64,000 nt of DNA, taken from the NCBI GenBank assembly GCA_963754315.1, contig CAVWFS010000008.1:160001-224000 (forward strand). The letters run 5' to 3'. The notes under the pieces were generated by a model, which searched no databases, had not been told where the DNA came from, and saw only the letters and a list, made by a program, of their open reading frames with translations. This stretch comes from an uncultured Candidatus Rokubacteria bacterium. GTDB taxonomy: Bacteria > Methylomirabilota > Methylomirabilia > Rokubacteriales > CSP1-6. Every line of letters begins with the position of its first letter. Position 1 is the first letter of the stretch. Positions 58,044 through 64,000 of this stretch are shown in pieces. Made by a program: the position numbers and the translations under genes.

Positions 58044-59585
58044 CTACTTGGTCAGCCAGCTGTTCCAGAAGTAGAGTCGTGGGGCGGTGCGGAAGTCGCC
58101 GCGCAGCTCCCGGCGCGCGACGTCCAGGGTGAAGTAGTCGCCGAGCTTCACGCGCCCGACGTCCTCGTAGAAGATGGCCTGGATGCGGTCGACGAGGGCC
58201 TTGCGCTTCTTGACGTCGCTCTCACGCTGCAACTCGGACAGGAGCTGCTCCTTTTCTTCGTGGCACCACCAGCCGTTCCAGCTGCAGCGCAGCGCGATGT
58301 GGTTGGCCGGATCGGCCGAGAAGACCAGGCCCGTCGAGAACACGTCCCACAGCTCGGGCTTCTGGGTGCGGCTGTTCAGGGTAGCCCAGTCAACGACCTG
58401 GAGGTCAACGGCGAAGCCCACCTCCTCCATCTGTTGTTTGGCCACCAGGGCGTTCTTGTACATGAACTCGTATTCTTTGGTGGTGACCCAGCGCACCGGC
58501 TCCTTGGCGTAGCCCGCCTCCTTGAGCAGCCGGCGAGCCTTGTCCTTGTCCCGCTGGTTGTAGAGGTTGGCGCTGACGGTGGAGTGCCAGGGCTGCTCGG
58601 GGAAGAACAGGCCGGGATCGAGCCGATAGAAATCCTTGGAGCCGAAGCCGGCCGCCATGATGGACTCCATCTCGAGGGCAGCCTGCAGGGCCTGGCGGAT
58701 CTTCTTGTTGGTCATGAGGCCGGCCTTGTGGTTGAGGACGCCGGTGGCCCAGCCCCGCGGCTTGACGATGCGCGATTCGATCTGCGGCAGCGTCTTGATG
58801 CGGTCCCATGCGTCCTGCTTGACGAACATCGCATGATGGTATTCGCCAGACTCCACCCCGGCCAGGCGCACTGCCGTGTCGGGCACCGGGATGAAAAGGA
58901 TCTCGTCGAAATAGGCGATCCGCTTGCCGCCGAAGCCGCCCGGGGGTTCGGTGCGCGCGGCGTACTCCTTGAAGCGGGCGAGCTTGAGATGTCGATCGGC
59001 CTTGTGCTCGACGAAGCGGTAGGGCCCGGTGCCCGTGTAATCCTTGAGGGGGCCGTCGCCGGCGGCGTCGATGACGTCCTTGGGGTAGATGGCGGCAGCC
59101 GGCTCACTGAGCCCGAAGATCAGCGACGCCGAGGGCTGCCTGAGACTGATGACGACCGTGTACGGGTCCTTGGCCTCGACGCTTTCCACGTTCTTCCAGA
59201 GCGGCTTGCCGAGGGACGCCACCGCGCCCCAGCGCTTGAGCGAGGCCACCACATCGGCCGCGGTCATCTCCTTGCCGTTGTGGAACTTGACACCCTTGCG
59301 AAGGACGATCGTGTGACGGAGGCCCTTGTCGCCGACCGCATGCGATTCGGCGAGGAGCGGCACCGGTGTGAAGGACTTGTCGTATGTGAAGAGCGACTCG
59401 TTGACGTGCCACATGATCTCGTAGGTGATGACAGCCGTGCTCATGGGGATATCGAGAGTCGGCGGTTCCCCGATGGTCGCCACCTTGAGGATGCCGCCCG
59501 TGCGCGGCGCGTCCTGGGCGTGTGTGTCGGGAGCGGACGAGAGGACGGTGACAAGCGCGATGAGCACGAGCGCGAGCATGGACAT
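58044..59585 (-). CDS. Orphan family-5 ABC substrate-binding protein
   Basis: Signal peptide, EPPTLD, LRKGVKFHNG, GTGPYRF. Confidence 0.9.
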   Translation of the reverse strand: MSMLALVLIALVTVLSSAPDTHAQDAPRTGGILKVATIGEPPTLDIPMSTAVITYEIMWHVNESLFTYDKSFTPVPLLAESHAVGDKGLRHTIVLRKGVKFHNGKEMTAADVVASLKRWGAVASLGKPLWKNVESVEAKDPYTVVISLRQPSASLIFGLSEPAAAIYPKDVIDAAGDGPLKDYTGTGPYRFVEHKADRHLKLARFKEYAARTEPPGGFGGKRIAYFDEILFIPVPDTAVRLAGVESGEYHHAMFVKQDAWDRIKTLPQIESRIVKPRGWATGVLNHKAGLMTNKKIRQALQAALEMESIMAAGFGSKDFYRLDPGLFFPEQPWHSTVSANLYNQRDKDKARRLLKEAGYAKEPVRWVTTKEYEFMYKNALVAKQQMEEVGFAVDLQVVDWATLNSRTQKPELWDVFSTGLVFSADPANHIALRCSWNGWWCHEEKEQLLSELQRESDVKKRKALVDRIQAIFYEDVGRVKLGDYFTLDVARRELRGDFRTAPRLYFWNSWLTK

Positions 59586-59781
59586 GTCAATCCTCCGGGA
59601 GTGGTGCCGTTGCCAGCGGCGTGAGCTGCTCGGCGAAGTCTATGCGAAATCAGGGCGCCGTGAAAGGCCGCGCGGCGCCCCGGAACGCCCGGTAGGACCG
59701 GGACGCCGTTTCGGCTAAAATCGGGCGCTGTCTCGCCCCGCGCGGTGGGGCCCACGAGTTCAGGACGAGAGGAGACCATCG

Positions 59782-60768
59782 ATGCATTACCGCAAGCTTG
59801 GGAATAGCGATCTGACCGTCTCGGCCGTCGGGCTCGGGTGCATGTCCATGTCCGGCACCTACGGCAAGAGCGACGATGTCGAGTCGATCGCCGTCGTCCA
59901 CCAGGCCCTGGACCTGGGGATGAACTTCATCGACTCCTCGGACATGTACGGGTGGGGCCACAATGAGGAGCTGCTTGGACGAGCGCTCAAGGGGCGGCGC
60001 GACCAGGTGGTGCTCACCACCAAGTTCGGTCAGGTGCAGAGTCCGGATGGCAAGGGCAACCTGGTGGATGGGCGGCCCGAGTACGTCGCTCGCGCATGCG
60101 ACGCGAGCCTCAAGCGCCTCGGGGTCGACGTGATCGACGTCTACTACCAGCACCGGGTAGACCCCAAGGTTCCCATCGAGGATACGGTGGGGGCCATGGC
60201 GCGGCTCATCGACGGGGGAAAGGTACGCTACCTTGGCCTCTCGGAGGCGGCGCCGGCAACCATCCGGCGCGCCCACGCCGTCCATCCGCTGAGCGCGGTG
60301 CAGAGCGAGTACTCGCTGTTGTATCGGCACCCGGCCGAGGAGACATTGCCGACCTGTCGCGAGCTCGGGATCTCCTACATCGCTTACTCCCCGCTCGGCC
60401 GCGGTTTCCTCACCGGACGCATCCAGCAGGAGAGCGACCTGCCCGCTGACGACCGACGCCGACAGCATCCCCGCTTCCAGACGCAGAACTTCGACCACAA
60501 CGTGAAGCTCGTCCGTCGCCTCGAGGAAATGGCCCGAGCGCATCATGCCACCCCCGCGCAATTGGTCCTGGCCTGGCTGCTCGCCCAGGGGGAGGATATC
60601 GTCCCCATCCCCGGCACCAAGCGGCGAGCCTACCTCGAAGAGAACGTGGGGGCGCTCGCCGTGCAGCTGACCCCGGACGATCTCGCTCGCATTGCCGAGG
60701 CGATGCCACCCGGTGCGGCGGCGGGGTCGCGCTATCCGGAAGCGCAGATGAAGGGCGTCCACCTGTAA
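59782..60768 (+). CDS. Aldo/keto reductase
   Basis: [44 protein letters not shown]. Confidence 0.94.
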   Translation: MHYRKLGNSDLTVSAVGLGCMSMSGTYGKSDDVESIAVVHQALDLGMNFIDSSDMYGWGHNEELLGRALKGRRDQVVLTTKFGQVQSPDGKGNLVDGRPEYVARACDASLKRLGVDVIDVYYQHRVDPKVPIEDTVGAMARLIDGGKVRYLGLSEAAPATIRRAHAVHPLSAVQSEYSLLYRHPAEETLPTCRELGISYIAYSPLGRGFLTGRIQQESDLPADDRRRQHPRFQTQNFDHNVKLVRRLEEMARAHHATPAQLVLAWLLAQGEDIVPIPGTKRRAYLEENVGALAVQLTPDDLARIAEAMPPGAAAGSRYPEAQMKGVHL

Positions 60769-60774
60769 GCGGCC

Positions 60775-61638
60775 ATGGCCAAGCGACGAGTCGTCCTCAC
60801 GGGAGCGTCAGGCTACGTCGCCCAGCGCATGTTCAGGGAGCTCAGCGAGCGCTGGGAGCTGATATCCATCGATGTCCGAGCAACGACTGCCGGCGGAGCT
60901 CCCGTGCCAGGCTGCGTCGTGGCCGATCTCACGCGTCCCGACCGCAACGAGTATCGGCAGCACTTCCGCGGCGCCGACGCCGTGATCCACTGCGGGTACG
61001 TGCGCGCCACCGGCCTCGATGCCACCACCTGGCAGAACAACAGCGACCCCAAGTTCTGGGCGGAGCATGCCAACGTCGCCTTGGCCTACAACGTATACCG
61101 GACGGCGCTCGAAGAAGGTGTGCGACGGGTGGTGATGGTCAGCTCAAACCATGCCTCCGACTATTACGAGCGTCTGGTGTGGGCTGGGAAGCTCGACATG
61201 GTCACCCCCGAGATGCCGCCCCGCTCCGATAACTGGTACGGCTGGTCCAAGGCCGCCTACGAGCTCCTGGGCTTCGTCTTCGCGTCCGGCCAGGTCGATG
61301 GTCGCAAGCTCGAGGTCGTCCAGTGGCGCATCGGGGGCCCGCGTGACGACGATATCGATCAGGTGAAGCCGGGTGACATCAAGGTCATGCACCGGGCTCT
61401 CGGCGCGTACCTCTCCCGGCGCGACCAAGTCCAGCAGGCCATCCGCATGGTAGAAACCGAGGACATCACCGACGAGCACGGCGTGCCCTTTCTGATCGCG
61501 TATGGCATCAGCGGTAACACCCACCGATTCTGGAGTCTGGCCAGTGCGCGCCAAAAGCTCGGCTACGCCCCCGAGGACGACAGCCAGGTGAACTTCGCGG
61601 ACAAGATCGCGGCCATCGCGCGGGCCGCGGGGAAGTGA
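60775..61638 (+). CDS. NAD-dependent epimerase/dehydratase (uronate dehydrogenase-like extended SDR)
   Basis: TGASGYV, SSNHA, YGWSK, RIG, YGISGN, LGYAPED. Confidence 0.85.
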   Translation: MAKRRVVLTGASGYVAQRMFRELSERWELISIDVRATTAGGAPVPGCVVADLTRPDRNEYRQHFRGADAVIHCGYVRATGLDATTWQNNSDPKFWAEHANVALAYNVYRTALEEGVRRVVMVSSNHASDYYERLVWAGKLDMVTPEMPPRSDNWYGWSKAAYELLGFVFASGQVDGRKLEVVQWRIGGPRDDDIDQVKPGDIKVMHRALGAYLSRRDQVQQAIRMVETEDITDEHGVPFLIAYGISGNTHRFWSLASARQKLGYAPEDDSQVNFADKIAAIARAAGK

Positions 61639-61708
61639 CGCCGGTTCTCGCGCGAGATCATGCGGAGGGGGTAGCCGGCTGAGCGCGCTACGGTTCTCGG
61701 GGCGGGCG

Positions 61709-63019
61709 GTGGCCGCCCTCTTTCTCGCGCGTCAGCACCTCGACCGGCCCCGCGGCCGCCGGCTGACGGCGAGGAGCCTCACCCGGTTCGTCGAGGATGC
61801 GGGAGGGATCCAGCTCGATTCCATCAACGTGGTGGACCGGGCGCACTACCTCACCCTGTGGAGCCGATTCGGACCGTTCCGGCGCGCCACGCTCGATGCC
61901 CTCATCTATCGGCGGCGGGTACTGTTCGAGTACTGGGCTCATGTCGCCTGTCTGGTTCCCATCGGACACTTTCCGGCCTGGCGGCGGGTCATGATCGACT
62001 ACCGGCATCGGCACAAGGGCTGGACGGCCTTCCTGCGCAAGAATCCTACGTTGCTGCGCGCTGTGGAGGCCGCGATCCGGGATCGAGGCCCGCTCGGCAA
62101 CGCTGACTTCCAGCACGCGCGGCCCGGAGGCAGCCGTGGATGGTGGGACTGGAAGCCGGCCACCCACGCCCTCGACTTCCTCTGGATGAGTGGGCGCACG
62201 ACCATCCAGTCGCGAGTGCATTTCCAGAAGCGGTTCGATCTCTTGGAGCGTGTTCTTCCCATCGCGCTGGCGGCGCCGCCCTTGGCCGCCCCTGCTTTCC
62301 GTCGCTGGCACCTTGAGCGTTCCCTGCACGCGATGGGGGCGGCCACCGAGGCGGATCTGCGCATGTATCTCACGTTCCCTCGAGCGGCCACCACCGCGCG
62401 GCGTACGGCGCTGCGCGAGATGCTGGCCAGCGGAGACGTGGTGGAGGTGGCGGTGGAGGGAGACCCTACGCGCTGGTACGCCCTCGCCCGTGATCTCGAT
62501 CCGTTGGCGGCAGCCGGTCGTCACTCGGTCCCATCGTGCGGTTCCGCTCTGCTCTCACCGTTCGACTCCTTCCTGTGGCATCGCGAACGCGTGCGGCGGC
62601 TGTTCGGATTCGACTACCGCATCGAGGTCTACGTGCCCGGCCCTCAACGGAAGTTCGGGTACTACGTGCTGCCTCTGCTGGTCGACGGGGAACTGGTGGG
62701 GCGCGTGGACACCAAGCTACACCGCCGGGATCAGCGCCTGGAGCTTCGGCACGTGCACCTCGAGCCGCGGGTGGTGGCGGGCAAAGGCCCCGCGTCCCCA
62801 ACGCGGTCTGCCGTGACCCTTCCGCGCGCTCTGACTGGTCTGGCCGAGGCCGCCTGGTCGCTGGCCAACTTCACCCGGGCCACCCAGGTCGACGTGGCGA
62901 GGGTCACACCTGGCTCGGCTCGCCCCGCCGTGCGCAAGGCACTCGAGCTGGTGGCGAGTGCATGCGAGACCGCCGCGAGACGACCGACCCTGCCGACATC
63001 GTCCCGTCCAACACCATGA
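61709..63019 (+). CDS. YcaQ/AlkZ-family winged-helix DNA glycosylase (interstrand crosslink repair)
   Basis: IQLDSINVVDRAH (QxD), FEYWAH, WWDWK, LSPFD, FDYRIEVY, GYYVLP. Confidence 0.9.
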   Translation: MAALFLARQHLDRPRGRRLTARSLTRFVEDAGGIQLDSINVVDRAHYLTLWSRFGPFRRATLDALIYRRRVLFEYWAHVACLVPIGHFPAWRRVMIDYRHRHKGWTAFLRKNPTLLRAVEAAIRDRGPLGNADFQHARPGGSRGWWDWKPATHALDFLWMSGRTTIQSRVHFQKRFDLLERVLPIALAAPPLAAPAFRRWHLERSLHAMGAATEADLRMYLTFPRAATTARRTALREMLASGDVVEVAVEGDPTRWYALARDLDPLAAAGRHSVPSCGSALLSPFDSFLWHRERVRRLFGFDYRIEVYVPGPQRKFGYYVLPLLVDGELVGRVDTKLHRRDQRLELRHVHLEPRVVAGKGPASPTRSAVTLPRALTGLAEAAWSLANFTRATQVDVARVTPGSARPAVRKALELVASACETAARRPTLPTSSRPTP

Positions 63020-63585
63020 TCCAGGTGCGCACCCTGTGCCTGTACGAGCGCCCACTCCAAGCGCCGGTGACGCTCGGCCCGCTCCCTCCGGCAGTCGAGC
63101 TTGCCGTGTGGGACGCGCCTCCGGCAGCGGGCGATGCCGGTCGGCCGTGGCATCCGGAGGCGGAGCGGCGAATCCGCGAGGGCCAGGTATGTGTTGTTGC
63201 GCGCCACCAGGAGACCGTCATGGCCTATTGCTGGTTGACCTGGCGGCCGGAGTGGGTCGCGGAAATTGACCGCCTCGTGGTCCCCGGACCCGACGAGGCC
63301 TACCTCTACGAGGCGTTTACCGAGCCCGGATGGCGGGGCCGTGGACTCTTCCCGGCAATGCTGTTTCGGTTGCTGGCCTATGCCCGCGCCCAGAACCGAC
63401 GCCGCGCCCTCATCTTCGTGCTCAGCGACAACCGTGCTTCACGTCGAGCGATCGAGAAGGCCGGCTTCACGCTCTTCCAGACGGTGTCGAAGGTGGAGAT
63501 CGGTGGTCTGAAGCGTCTCGTGTTTCGCGGGCCCCGGGCCGACCGGGCCAGGGTCACCTTGGCTGCGCGCGCCGACCGAGCCTGA
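63016..63585 (+). CDS. GNAT family N-acetyltransferase
   Basis: WRGRGL acetyl-CoA loop, N.ASRRAIEKAGF; ATGA overlap with the YcaQ stop. Confidence 0.85.
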   Translation: MIQVRTLCLYERPLQAPVTLGPLPPAVELAVWDAPPAAGDAGRPWHPEAERRIREGQVCVVARHQETVMAYCWLTWRPEWVAEIDRLVVPGPDEAYLYEAFTEPGWRGRGLFPAMLFRLLAYARAQNRRRALIFVLSDNRASRRAIEKAGFTLFQTVSKVEIGGLKRLVFRGPRADRARVTLAARADRA

Positions 63586-63589
63586 CCCG

Positions 63590-64000
63590 TCAAGGTCGGG
63601 CGCGCGCGGCCTCCACCAGATCGGCGAGCCGCTCCGGCGTCATCGGCAGCTCGTCGATGCGCACGCCGAGCGGAGCCAGCGCGTCCTCCACCGCGCTGGC
63701 CAGGGCGGCCGGCGCGATCATGCGTCCCCCTTCCCCTCCGCCCTTCACCCCGTACTCGGTGAACGGTGATGGCGTCTGCACGTGTCCGATCTCGAAGGTC
63801 GGCACCTCCCGCGCAGTGGGCAGCAGATAGTCCATGAAGCTCCCGGTGAGCGGTTGGCCTTCGGGATCGTAGCGGTACTCCTCGTAGAGCGCCATCCCGA
63901 TGCCCTGGGTGATGCCCCCCATGATCTGCCCGCGCAGGCTCTTGGGGTTGATCACGGTCCCCACATCGTGCACGGCGACATAGCGAAGGATGCGGACCTG
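63590..64000 (-). CDS. C-terminal part of a xanthine dehydrogenase family Mo-binding subunit (partial)
   Basis: HDVGTVINP, GGITQGIG, FMDYLLP, KGGGEG, LPMTPER; runs off the window. Confidence 0.9.
   Translation of the reverse strand, partial: QVRILRYVAVHDVGTVINPKSLRGQIMGGITQGIGMALYEEYRYDPEGQPLTGSFMDYLLPTAREVPTFEIGHVQTPSPFTEYGVKGGGEGGRMIAPAALASAVEDALAPLGVRIDELPMTPERLADLVEAARARP

Overview
GC-rich bacterial chromosomal segment with about 57 coding regions, almost all for uptake and catabolism. It holds five ABC importers (peptide/nickel, two branched-chain/LIV-type, Fe3+/polyamine-type, carbohydrate-type) plus an orphan solute-binding protein. Enzymes include two hydantoinase/oxoprolinase A+B pairs, two xanthine-dehydrogenase-family Mo subunits, a DMSO-reductase-family molybdoenzyme, and TauD, VOC, SDR, LLM, acyl-CoA dehydrogenase, AKR and GH88-like proteins. 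Also present are CorA, an S1-like protein, an OmpA lipoprotein and a YcaQ glycosylase. I saw no rRNA, tRNA, CRISPR array, transposase or DNA-binding regulator. Gene content and GC-rich palindromic repeats are reminiscent of Candidatus Rokubacteria (inference only). Most notable: (1) an 87-bp palindromic tandem array between livM and livG, flanked by ATGACCG duplicates and ATGA-coupled at both ends, related to dispersed hairpins; (2) a hydantoinase-B subunit with a C-terminal CDC48-N-like double-psi-barrel domain, in a divergent N-heterocycle/amide catabolic cluster that also has a lone CgdB-like gene; (3) a hidden 39-codon VgrG-like tail in an intergenic gap; (4) two single-base frameshifts that may be sequencing errors. 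All family calls are by motif recognition, not database search.
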